From positions 1,426,001-1,490,000 of the forward strand of contig OZ251227.1 of NCBI GenBank assembly GCA_965240325.2: a DNA stretch of 64,000 nucleotides. Direction: 5' to 3'. Both the position numbers and the translations under genes were made by a program. The stretch is from Rebecca billardiae RCC1528 (taxonomy: Eukaryota; Protista; Haptophyta). The first letter of the stretch is position 1, and each line of letters begins with the position of its first letter. Shown piece after piece: positions 48,550-60,166 of the stretch. The notes beneath the pieces are model-generated. The model was not told where the DNA came from. It saw only the letters and a program-made list of their open reading frames with translations, and made no database searches.

Positions 48550-51500
48550 GGAGCTTACTGGTAGTGTTCGGTGGGCACTCGTGCAACCCCGGCCCGCCCG
48601 TGCAGCAATGCGCCACTCGTTCGGCTCGCGCTTCGTCGGTGCCCTGCAGCTGGCGACCGCCGCGGTATCATATACGCCATGCGGGTAACACTACAGTATA
48701 TCGGCATTCGGGCGCATTCCTAATCAGTCCAACCGGGAAGTAGTTGGGCTGGTTTTTTCGGTTGGGATTTGAATAGAGCCGTGCAAGCTTCGCTAACCCC
48801 TGCCAGAAATAGCCGTATTGACGAAAGCCATCCAAAGAATGAGCAGCTTCAGCTTCCCCGATTCTGATTGGCTAGAACCGCCGGCCGTGATTTCTCCTAT
48901 GATGAGATGTTATTCTGGAAACCCACGAGAACAAAGGCACGACTTCACGCTGGGGACCAGCCCGTCGCAACCCTGTCCGCCCTCCACGCGCGAGCGCGCG
49001 ACTGCGTGTTCCACGAGCTGCAGCAGGCGGCCGCGGGCTGGTCGGCGGCCGGCGAGGTCGGCGGAGTGCCGCCCGGCCCGCGTTCTCGCTTGGGCGCGGG
49101 CCACACTCTCACTCACAGCGCGGGGCGTGGTGCTGCGGACGGGCCAGTCATTGCAGCGCGCACTCCGTGGTCAGACGTGCACACGCGCGCGCGTCGTCAG
49201 CCCCGCCGCTGCGCCCCTGTGGCGCCGTTGGCAGCGTCGGAATTCCGAGCTCGGGCTACCGGCCCGGCGTGCCATCATGCGTTTCAGAAACAGGTTTCCA
49301 GCCCAAGTTGACGCGCAGCGCCAACCCATATTCGCGCGGGCTTTTCGATGAGCGGACATGCCATGCCGGCGGAGGCACGGGTGCCGACGGCCAGGTCCCT
49401 CGGCTTGAACCTCCTCGCCCTGGCCTCCTTGCGCTGGCCGATGGGTTCGAAGAAACCGTATGGTTTCCCGTGCTGCTCCAGGGCTTGACAGTGAGCCCGA
49501 TCTGGAGGCGCTGGAGTCAGCGGGCTACCTTGTGCTGCGCGATGTCACCTGCAGAGGGCGCGTGGATGCATGGGCAACCTGCTCGCCTGGCTCGTCGGTA
49601 TAGGAGATCGAGGAGGCGCAAGAGTATACGCGCGCGCTCGGCGTGCGCATGCAGCACATTCGCTCCTCGAGTTGCACACACTGGCCTCCCCAGAAGCCCT
49701 TCCCCCTCACCAATCGACGGGAACGCCAACTGACGAGAGTGCTGCGGTACCCGGCGGTGCCCGAAGGGCACCGCGAGCGGCTGCGGGGCGGCTACTCGGG
49801 CCAGCTTCACGATGCGGAAGAAGGATGAGGCGATCTGCGAGGTGGACTCCGCCTGCCAGCCCTGTTGCGCCCAACCGCCTGCTCGAGCCTGGCTCTTCCA
49901 CTGCACCGTCCCGCCCGACGTGCGAATGGGGAACGCGCTCGCGATGTGCGGAGACGTGCGCGCAGCTTGGGGTCAACCAAGCGCACGGACCTGCGCATCC
50001 GTTCTGGCCGCGCGCACGCGCTCGAGCCATCAAGATCAACGGTGGCAACGCCGAGCAACGGAGCAAGCGCGCAAATTGCGGTGGTGATGCAAAACGCCGC
50101 GCGCGTCGTCTGCCCGGACGGCGGCAGGCCAGTCCTCTCCGTTTACTCTGTTGACTCTAGATAGTAGTCGTAGATCGCGATGGGTCGATGGCCCGGCTGC
50201 CCAGAGCTACAAGTATTCGCGAGTAGTCACATTTGTCGCGACGAATGGCGGGCCGTAGGTCCGCCCCTTGTAGTGCCCGGGAAAAAGATAAGAAGAAAAG
50301 AAAAAGAAAATCGCCTCGCAAAGAAAAGAAAATCGCCTCGCTCACTACCGGGCGCCCTCGCAGCTCCCACTGGGGACGCTCGGCCGAAAAGCGAGTGCGT
50401 CACGGCGCGGAGCGCGTGGGCCGCGCGCGCCAGATCCAACGCCGGCGGGGACATTGCGCGAGGATTCCCTAGGCGTGTTTTCGCCCGATTCGCGATTGCT
50501 GCCCTCGTCGTCTCGCGTGCAGGTCGAACGGGGGCCAAAGTCGACGCGTATGGAGGTACGCTCGGCGCGTCGACACGATCGTGCGACCTGGGGCGGTCCT
50601 CGCCTGACTTGCACGTCGAGCGCTCGCACGGGCCATAGCATCAAGCACTGCGCGCGACAACCACCTCGCGCGATCCACCGCCGCGCGTCGGGCTCGGTGC
50701 GGAAAGGCCCTCATCACGAGGTGTCTCGCGGGCGGGAAGCGCCATCGCACGCGACGCAAGATTTGGCGCGGCCTTCTGAACTCGATCGCCGGAATTCTCG
50801 CGCACCGGACTGTCGCCCGCGGTCCCTCAGCCGCAGCCCACGTCCGGCGTGCATGACGTCCACGGTGACCGATGCGACGGAAGCGCAGCGCCAACGGCGT
50901 ACGACGCGCAGCGGACGCGCCTCCCGGGTCTGTCGCCGTGGCAGCAACCGTGTCTTTGCGAGTTGGTGACCCTCGCCGCAGCGCGACACAGACAAGCCCG
51001 TGATCCCATCCGCAGAGAGATGAAACGTCGAGCATGCAACATCGCTGCGCCATCCTCGTCCATGGCGCAGGCGCTGCGGGACGAGGCGGAAGTCGTCACG
51101 CTGGTGACGGATGCGCTGCGATTCGTGTGTCCGCGTGAGCAGCCCGTGCCCACTCTCGATCGCGAGTGGCACACACTGTCGCTGTGCGCGCGCGCGCGCA
51201 CAACCAACAGCTCCTCGTGCCGCCGAACACGCGGGCGCCAGACCTGTCGAAGAGGCGAAGAGGGACGACCGCCTGAACGTCAACGCGCTCGTGCTCAGCG
51301 TGGCGGTCGTGTACGACGTCAACGCGCCCTGCGCCGAGCCCATCATGCCCGGAGCGGACATCGGCAAGCATCCTCGCGACGACCGCTCTCGGCTGGCGGC
51401 AGGAGGACATTCACATGATCTACTCTGGCGGCTTCGTCGGCGGCGAGGCGCTCGATTACGCAATCGCGGTCGAGATGCGGCACATACAGCGCGTACCCGC

Positions 51501-52149
51501 GCTCGCGCGGAGCAACGGGCTACCCGCCCCGCCCCGCGTGCTGCACATTCCCTCTTAAGTGTGGGCCTCGCTGATGATGCGCACGCCGGACGTCATGTAC
51601 ACGTGAGTGGGAGAACTTCAGGTGTCACTGGTCCGACTGTCCGTCACCCACGGCCACGAGCGAATGTGGAAAGACACGAACCCGCGCAGAGGAAACATTG
51701 CGAGTTTGCGACAGCACTGGCACGGCCCGCCGACCCCCCCCCCGCCCGCCAGGGCACAGTTTATGGCCCGCGGTGCAGGGCGGAGCGCGCAGCGTGGAGC
51801 CCGCTCCGTGGGCCCTAACCACGTTTCAAAAAGATCTTTGATCAAAGAAAAAAGGGATGGGCCATGGGGGACGATTTTCAGGGCTGGAGGAGACCGAGTT
51901 TCGAATTTTGAGACCGCAAGAGACATCCATTGCAGCGAGAAATGGACGCGTCCGCTCTTTTGATAGTCAGAGGAATCAACGAAACCCACGTCCAAGTGTG
52001 CGAGGGTGGGTAATTGTGGGTAGACTGTGACCATAGTAAATAAGCACATGACCATAGTAAACAAGCATATAGTCAGTTAACAGGCCTCGCTGCCGCTACT
52101 AGGCGCGCGCCAGACACGGAGCGCGCGCACCAGTTGCGTCGCGCTGCGC

Positions 52150-53322
52150 ACGGAGCATGCGCGACGAGATCGCGGCGGGGGCGGCGAGATCGCGGCGGGG
52201 GCGACGGGCAACAGCCTGCCCGCGGGCGCGTTCGTCACTCGAGGAGCAGCGCGCAAGGGCGAGCCGAGTCCGGAGCACGCGAGCTCGTCGCTCGCCGCCC
52301 GGAGCAGAGCGACCGCCGAGCGAGCGGCGCCGGCAGAGCTGATGAGCCGGATGCGCCCGGAGCTCGCGCGGCTGAAGGGCGAGCTCAAGCACGCGAGCTC
52401 GCGCCTCGACGCTGAGCGCGAGCTCCTCCTCAACTCGGTCGACGGCGGCGCGGAGGTGCAGCAGCGTGAGGACGAGCAGGAGCATCAGTGAAACGCGCGC
52501 CGGTTCCGGGTCGCGCAGCGGCGCCCAGCTGCCTGCACGCGAGCGGCGGCCACGTGGCGCGAGGAGCTGCGTGGGGAAATAGCCGCGCGCGTCGACGCGG
52601 CGATCACCGGGCTGCAGGCCTCGGCAATCGACGCGGTGCGCACCCTCGCCGCCAGCCGCGACGACTCCGCCGTCGAGCTGCAGCAGCTGCGCGCGCAGAT
52701 GCCAGAAGTGCCGATGGGCGGCGGCGTTACCCGCGGCGTATCAGCAGGCTGACGTGCACGAGCACGTGACACGCGGAGGCGCTAGGCGCCAAGCTGGCGA
52801 AGTGCGGCGCCGAGCTCGACGAGCTGAGCGACGCGGCAACGGACGCGCTGGGCGCCCGCGCTGCCATCGTCGCGGCGCCCTCCAGCAGCTCGAGCAGCTG
52901 TGGATAGATGGCTGTCGAGGCGACCGCGGGTGTGACTCACAGTGTGAGTGAGTCGCGCGCGGCTCAGCCTGCCGCTGGCAGCCGCCGTCTTCGAGGCCGA
53001 CGCGGCGGAGGAGGCGGCGGGCGAGCACGGCGGCGCGGTGGAGCAGGCGTGCACGCGCGGCGGCAGGCGCGACGCGCCGCTCGCCTCGTTCCACCGCCCC
53101 GAGCTCCGCTCGGTCGGTCTCGGTGCGAGGCTGCGCAGCCGGCAGGCCGGGGCCAGCAGTGGCGCGCGCTCTCGCTCTGCCGGCACGAGCGACCAGCGGC
53201 CCGTCGTCGAGCGCATGGCGCAGGGCGAGTACCTCAAGCAGGTGCGCCCGCTCGCGCGCACGCGCCGGCTCGCGCCGCGCCAGCGCCTCTCGCCCTGCCT
53301 GCGCGCGCGCGCCGGCCGCTAG
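52150..53322 (+). pseudogene. Fragmented coiled-coil-protein coding sequence inside the TIR element
   Basis: Host-like codon usage and heptad peptides (RPELARLKGELKHASSRLDAERELL; SAVELQQLRAQ; CGAELDELSD) in shifting frames with stops. Confidence 0.45.
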
Positions 53323-53869
53323 TCCCCGCGGCGGCCCGCGGCGACAGTCCTCGGCCCGCCGGCCCGGTGGGCGGCAGTGACTGAGTTGGCGGTGGCAGCT
53401 CAGGCGAACTGTTACACATGTCAGACTGAGACAGCAGCCGACGGAGGGTGCACCGCGGGCCCCGAACTACGTTCGTTCTACGGAAAAAGACCGCGGAACG
53501 CGGTCATATTATTGTTGAGATCCAGTGAGCGCGCAATAAAAAGGTTACTGTGCACCTTAAATCATACCAGCCACTGACCAAGTACGGGCGACGACATCAT
53601 CCACCAGCTGCTGAAGTAGGGGACGGCCTTGCCGACGCCAACATTGTCACATTACATTGTCAGTGAACATGCTCACTCGCCTTTGATTTGGTACCCATAC
53701 ATCTCCCCGGTGGGCCTGACGACGTCGACGACGACAACAACGACGTCCACCATGGCGACCTGAACGTCAACGTGCTCACACCACTGCCACTGCTGCAAGC
53801 TTCGACCAGTACCACTACAGACGAATCAGGAGAGCTGCGCCCTCGTGCCTGTGTCTTTAAATCATAGAA

Positions 53870-53906
53870 TTAGTAAACTGGCGTCTCTTATTCTTAGTAA
53901 ACTGTA
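53870..53906 (-). mobile_element. Isolated Tc1/mariner-like terminus (TA-CAGTTTACTAAGAATAAGAGACGC)
   Basis: 26-bp exact reverse complement of 56009-56034; CAGTTTACTAA motif occurs twice. Confidence 0.45.
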
Positions 53907-55107
53907 CGTTTTGATGATGAAAATCTGATGAGCGTCGGAAGCGGCTTCGCGCCTTCGCGATCCGCGTCGGCCGCCGAATTTGACGACAGTTTGTCGCGAT
54001 CCGGAGCAGCCGCCGTCCTTCTTGGCGCGAATCCGGAGGCGGACGCCGTGCCGCGGGCGGCCGAGACGTCGCCACACGCGCGGCTTTTTGCATCGCGACC
54101 GGCGTCCCGACCAGCCGCCGTCCGCGCGACAAGCAGCTTGTCGACGTCTCGAAGCATGGCCGTGGTCGTCGTTGGTGCGGTCATCGCCGCCGCAGGTGCG
54201 AGCTCGGCCCTTCTGAGGGAACGACTCGCAATCTGCCGCCAGCATCACCTTGGGACCGCACGTGCGCCACCATCCTCGCAGAGCACACATCGATCCGCAA
54301 ACGGGGAGGAGGGAAGAACACAAGTGTCCACCTGGGGCAAGTCTCGCCACAGGGGCGGCCACTCGCGCACACCTCTGCGATACCGTTGAGGCAGCCAGGC
54401 GCTTCCCTGGTCTCTGACTCCCGTCAGGCAGCACAGCGAATCATGCCGCACGATCTGCAGGCAGACAGCTTCCGCTTCAACGCACTCGACGTGTGCATCA
54501 CGGGCTTCAACATGGCGTCTTCTCCACGCCCATGTCCCACCTGACAATCTGCCTTCCGCCAATGGTCCGGTCCGACTTCCCGCCTCGATCACGCCGGGTC
54601 TCAATGATCCGCGGTCCGACCGTTCGGACCGTCCCGGATGGTTCCCGCGGCCTCGACATCTGACGCTGGCTCAGAGTCAGGCTGATCCAGATGATGCGGG
54701 AATGAGTTAGCAGCTAGTATTAGGAACTGCCAGTCTGACATCATCAGCTACTACTGCGGCAGCCAGCAGCAGTTCCGCGGCAGCAGTTCCGCGAATCCGG
54801 AGCTGGCGTCTGATCAGAGTCGTCTCGTCATCATACATCCGGGAATAATACTATGACCGCGTTCCGCGGTCCTTTTCTGCATAGAATCAACGCAGTTGGG
54901 GGCCCGCGGTGGCCGTGCAATCGCGGCTCTCCGCCGTAGTGGCAGTTCGCCAGTTGAAGTCGGTTCTGAGATGACTGAAGCTATTAGTCCGACCGTCGCC
55001 CTGCCTGCGCGACCGCTAGACTCATTCACACTTCACACAATCACAGCAGCGGACCTGAGACCGCACCCGGCACCGGTCGTCGTCAAATCGGACGTCCGTC
55101 TGACAAC

Positions 55108-55253
55108 TAGCTGCCAAATGTCCAACTGGCTGATCAGCTCGGATCCGACCCGTCCGCGATCGTGCCATCGGCATCGGAATTACTACTAGTAGCTGCCAAA
55201 CTGTGTCCAACTCTGGCTGATCAGCTCGGATCCGACCCGTCCGCGATCGTGCC
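55108..55253. repeat. ~60-bp imperfect direct repeat x2
   Basis: TAGCTGCCAAA..TGTCCAACT..GGCTGATCAGCTCGGATCCGACCCGTCCGCGATCGTGCC twice, ~20-bp spacer. Confidence 0.85.
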
Positions 55254-56010
55254 GAGTGAGTCGTGCCGCGGAGCTCGGAGTACTGAAGGAGTCGGGTGTG
55301 ACAGCAGGGTGCTTTAGCGCTGCGGCCCGTGCCAGCCAACGACCAGACGTACTCTGGCCACTTGACCCGTTGCACGGGTGAGTGACCGTACCGGTACGCC
55401 CTGCCTAGTGCCTACCGCGCGCGCCGCGCGACCGGCGACTCGGGGTGATGGAGAGCGGATGGCGACAGCAGCAGCAGTCCTCATGAAGACGATGAAACTG
55501 GCGGCACGGGTGCACGAGGTGGCAGGCGAAAGCGCGCCGACGAGACCGCATTTGACACACCTGAGCCGCACGCGCGTGCCGTCGCCGAGCGGCGAGCGCT
55601 GCAAACGCGCAACCGTACCGCGCGCGCCACGACGGCGCGGCACTAGCTGATGCAGGCCGTACTGCCGGCACTGCTTCTGCGATCATGCGCCACGGTCGCA
55701 GCTGACTGCGTGAGCAGCAAGCGGGAGGCGGGTCCGGAGGCACGTGCAGGCGCCGTCCCGCATATCCGCCATCGCCCATCGTGCCGGGGCACGTCACCTC
55801 CGACGATCCGGATGTGGCCCAGTCCGGACGTCACGCGATCCGGGAAGACGAGTACGATTCGCTCGTAACGAACCGTTACACTAAAGTCACGGCCAGGCTC
55901 ACGTCCCGTCCATCGATTACTTATGGAATCAGCTGGGCGCGCTCTTTTTCGGCCTAATAGACCTCTCTATGCGATCTCAAAAACTCGAAACTCGGTCTCC
56001 GCCAGCCCTA

Positions 56011-56121
56011 CAGTTTACTAAGAATAAGAGACGCACACAGCTCAGGCAGGCGAGATTGACGCCCGCCAACTGTCACCGCCCATGAAGCCGTCGCCGATGG
56101 TAGCGCCGCCGGAAAAAATCG
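56011..56121 (+). mobile_element. 111-bp TA-flanked insertion within the right TIR
   Basis: Absent from the left TIR copy; flanked by TA at 56009-56010 and 56122-56123; begins CAGTTTAC. Confidence 0.55.
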
Positions 56122-56381
56122 TATAAAATCGCCCCCCGTCCCTTTTTTTCCGCCGCCGCCCCCCGTCCCTTTTTTCTTGATCAAAGATCTTTTTGAAACG
56201 TGGTTCGGGCCCGCCGCTGGTGCGGGCTCCACGCTGCGCGCTCCGCCCTGCACCGCGGGCCATCATTAATCATCTAATAAGTAGACCTACTCATAGTCGT
56301 AGTTAAGCTCTGAGTCTGGACTATATACTGTAATGTATACTACTGTCACTGATCAGGTCGCGGCGAGCCGCGCAGCCCGTA

Positions 56382-57809
56382 CTACCCTTCGAGCAGGCCG
56401 AGCGTGCGCTCGAGCTGCTCCGCGTACGCGCGCTGCAGCACGCGCACGGCGCGCGCGTGTCGTCCACTGAGCTGCTCCGGCGACTTGCCCGCCTTGTTGC
56501 GTGCCACCACGTCAGCGCCGAGCGCCAGCAGCTGCTCGACGAGCTGCACGCCGCCATCGCTGCCATCGCCGGCGGCGCCATCCTCGCCCGCGCCACGCGC
56601 GGCCGCGGCGGTGCGGCGCTTCTCCTCGTCTGGCGGCGCGGCCGCACGCATGCCCAGCGCGCGGCACGCGGTGTGCAGCGGCGTGTCGCCATCCTCATCC
56701 TCCGCACGCACTGCCGCGGCGAGCTCGGACTCGAGCTGGCCGGGCAGAGCGAGCAGCGCGCGCACGCAGCCGAGCTCGAGGCACTGGCACGCGATGTGCA
56801 GAGGCACGTGCCTGCTGCCATCGCGCGCGAGCAGCGCCGCCGGCTCGGCCGCGAGCAGCGCGCGCGCCACGTCCGCGTGCCCGGCCAGGCACGCCAGATG
56901 CAGCGGCGTGCCCAGGCCGCGGCCGTCGCCGTGGAGCGCGGAGCCGCCGTCTGCGAGAGCGCGCGCGGCCGCGTCGAGGTCGCCCTCAGCTGCCGCGCGC
57001 GCCAAGCGCTCGCCGGCGGCGGCGCAGGGCGCGCGGCGTGGCACCGCGGCCGCCTGCTCGGCCTCGGCGGGCGGGGCCTCGGCGGCCGTCGGCTCGGCGC
57101 CGCGCTCGGATTGGCCGATGGCGGCGGCGCTGCTGGCGGGTGCGGCGCATGAGTCGAGGCCAGCGCCGCCACCGCCTCGGCGCGGCTTGCGCTTGTGCCG
57201 CCTTCGCAAGCTCGGCGGCGCAGCCACCGCCGGCGCCGCTTCCGCGCCGGCGGGCGAATCGGCCGAGGCCGGCGCCAGCAGCGGCCCTGCCCACCGGTCG
57301 GGCGCGGGGGGCTGAGCGGGCGCGGCCTCAGCGACGCGGGGCGCAGCCGGGCCTTCCGCCGGGGCGTGTGCAGCCGCGGGCGTCGATGGTGGCGGGGCGG
57401 GCGAGGGCGGCTCCGGCCGAGGGGCGGCAGCCGGGGACGTGGCCGGCGCGTCCGATCGCGCAGTCTCCTCGCTCGAGGGCGCGTCCTCGGCCATCGGCGG
57501 GCCGACGGGGGCGTGGGCGGGGCCGTCCGCCGCTGGCGGGCGCGCGCCCGCCCCCTCCGTGCCCAGCGCCGCCGCAGCTGCCACGGCCGCGCGCGCGACG
57601 TGCACGCCGCGCGCGCCCCTGCCCAGAGAGTCGCGCGGAGTGGCCGGCGGGGCGGGCGGCGGCATCGGCGGCGTCGGCATGTGCCAGTCGGCGGCGGGAG
57701 GCCGTGCGGTGGCCGAGCTGGCTCGCGGCGCGGCGTGCGCCGAGTGCTGCGCCGCGTCGGCCGCCGGCTCGACACTCGAGCTGCTCGAGGTGCGCCCGAG
57801 CCTGCGAGT

Positions 57810-57861
<52 letters not shown>

Positions 57862-57862
57862 A

Positions 57863-57896
<34 letters not shown>

Positions 57897-58963
57897 GGTG
57901 GTGGTGCTGAGCATGCACTGCAGCACCGACTTGACGTTGACGAGGTCCTCGGCGTGCCGCGCCTCGGAGGCCTCGAGCTCGCAGTGCAGCTGCGACAGCC
58001 GCCCGCGCAGCAGCGAGTTCTCGCGGCTCGCCGCCTCGCTCTGCTGCAGCACCGCGCGCGCGGTCGCCAGGTCCCTCACCTGCTCCTCCCACGCCGACCA
58101 CGCCGTCGTAAGGAACGCGCCGGTCGCGATCACGATCAGCAGGAGGCGCTCGACGCCCGCGCTGGCGAGCGCGCGCGCGCCCGCGGTGTACGCGCGGCCG
58201 AGCCGCTCGGCGAGCGAGCAGCCCGCGCCCGCCCTCGCGCCCTCGCACTCGCGCGCGAGCAGCGCGCGGCCCGCGTCGGCGAGCGCGCCCGCGGTGAAGG
58301 AGCCGATCCCGGCGGCGGTGAGCGCGCCGAGCGGCAGCGGCCGCAGCGAGCACGTGTGGATGTTGAAGCCGCTCTGCGTGATCATCAGGCAGAACATGCC
58401 CTCGCGCACGTACGAGCTCGACGCGTGGTGCGTGCCCAGCGTGAGCGCGAGCGTGCGCACCACCGCCGAGAGCGCGCGCAGCCGCGGGCGCGACGCGTCG
58501 ATCAGCGCGCGCGCGTCGTCGCGCCACCACTGCGCTACGCTGGCGACCGACTGCACGCGCGCGCTGATGTCGGACATCGCGCACGACTCGGCGAGGCCGA
58601 GGGCGAGCATCGCGATCGCCTCGGCGTGCGTGCGCAGCCGCTCGCCCTGGCTGCTCCCCAGCGTCACCAGCGCGAGCCCGCCGAAGCACGCCGCCGAGCA
58701 CAGCCCGAGCGCGCGGCAGCGGCGCGCCAGCACCTGCGCCAGCCCAACCGCCACCTCGTCAAACTCAGCGTGCTTGCGCGCGAGCTCGGAGGAGACGGGC
58801 GGCGAGAGCGCCTCGAGCTCGGCGAGGGTGGGCCGCGGCGGCGCGGGCGCGGGCGCGAACGCCGGGCGGAGCAGGCTGGCCAGCGTGAGGATCCCGCTCT
58901 CCCGCGCCGCGCCGCAGCCGCTGCTGCGCAGCGCCGAGCGCGGTGGCGGCGGCGCCGCCGCCG

Positions 58964-58997
<34 letters not shown>

Positions 58998-59879
58998 CTC
59001 GGCCGAGCTGGTGGAGGCGCTGGCGGAGGAGGAGGCGTCGAAGCAGTCGAGGCTGCTGAGGCTCTCGATGCTACTCACGCTCGCCGCCGTGGAGAACCGG
59101 TCCGCCACCTCACTCCGCGCCGCCGTCTCGAGCATGCGCTGGTGCGTGCCCGAGAGCTCCTGCTCCGCCATCAGCCCGTGCCGCCGCATGCAGACGTACA
59201 CGGAAGAGAGGAGCGCGCTGCCGCCCATCAGCGCCCAGCAGATCGCCTCTCGGCGGTGCTCGAGCCGGCCCATGAACGCGGGCGCCACCTCCGCGTGGAA
59301 CGCGCACGCCTCCGTCCCGATCGCCAGCCCCGCCGAGCCGAGCAGCGCGGTCGCCACCAGCAGCTCGAGTGCGTACATTCTCAGCGCCGCGCGCGCGGGG
59401 ATCGCCGGCAGGATGTGCGGCATCGCGACGTTGAAGCCGCTCACGTCGAGGCAGCGCAGCGCGACGACGCGCGATGAGCACGAGCTGAAGACGATGCACG
59501 TCTTCGCCACCATGTGGAAGCCGAACACGACGATCACGCCGAGCAAGAAGAGGCGGGTCGAGACGCGCGCCTCGGCGCGCACAGCGAGCGCGAGCGCGGC
59601 GTCGAGGAGGATGGGGAGCACGTCGAGGGCGAGCGTGAGGGCGGGCACGGCGGTCTGCGAGCCGATCACCAGCATCGACAAGACGTGCCACGCCAGCGTG
59701 TTCAGCGCGAGCAGGAAGGTCTGGGGCCGCGAGCGCCTCACGAGCTCCCACTCGCGCTCGGACAGAGCGCGCGCGCGCGCGGCAGCAGCCGGCGCGGGCT
59801 CGCACCGGCCCCGCTGGCTGTACAGCCACACGCCCCCTAGCCCAGCCGCGAGAGCCGTGGTCGCCCCCAGCCAATCCAT
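56382..59879 (-). CDS. Multi-pass membrane protein with coiled coil and C-terminal ankyrin repeats
   Basis: Two hydrophobic-helix clusters; coiled coil; ankyrin motifs GTPLHLACLAGHADVARALL, VPLHIAC, DGDTPLHTAC, GADVVARNKAGKSP; start ATG 59879. Confidence 0.8.
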
Positions 59880-60166
59880 CGCGCCCACACCGACACCCAC
59901 GGCGCCGACCGCGCTGCACGTCACAGCGCGTGACGCCCGGGCCGTCCTGCAGCTGGGGTCCAGGGCGTCCCGTACGAGTATCCCTGCTTACCCAACCGCA
60001 ACTTTTGATTGCTTTCGTCCGTCCGGACTGGTCGCTCCGTACTCAGACTCGCCGACGCGGATCGATCCTGAATCCGGACCCGTGGCACGGCCGACAGAAG
60101 TGCGCGGCCCGCCACCCGTCGTCGTCGCGTCGTCGGCGCTGCAGATTGCGGCGAGTGCTCACCGCC

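Larger units (their letters stand above)
51763..56263. mobile_element. Putative non-autonomous TIR DNA element (~4.5 kb) carrying gene debris
   Basis: 51763-51923 and 55964-56263 are inverted copies; outer 42 bp identical, then AACCACGTTTCAAAAAGATCTTTGATCAA identical; no transposase seen; no clear TSD (at most AT). Confidence 0.6.

Noticed and set aside
50270-50352. TAGTG...CACTA around an A-rich duplicated tract as a CACTA transposon
   Set aside because: The motifs are in the wrong order, only 5 bp long, and there is no TSD
50450-51700. Overlapping 150-250-aa ORFs
   Set aside because: No recognisable domain; may be gene debris but cannot be supported
55108-55253. Repeat-spacer-repeat as a CRISPR array
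   Set aside because: Only two imperfect ~60-bp copies, no cas genes, eukaryotic context
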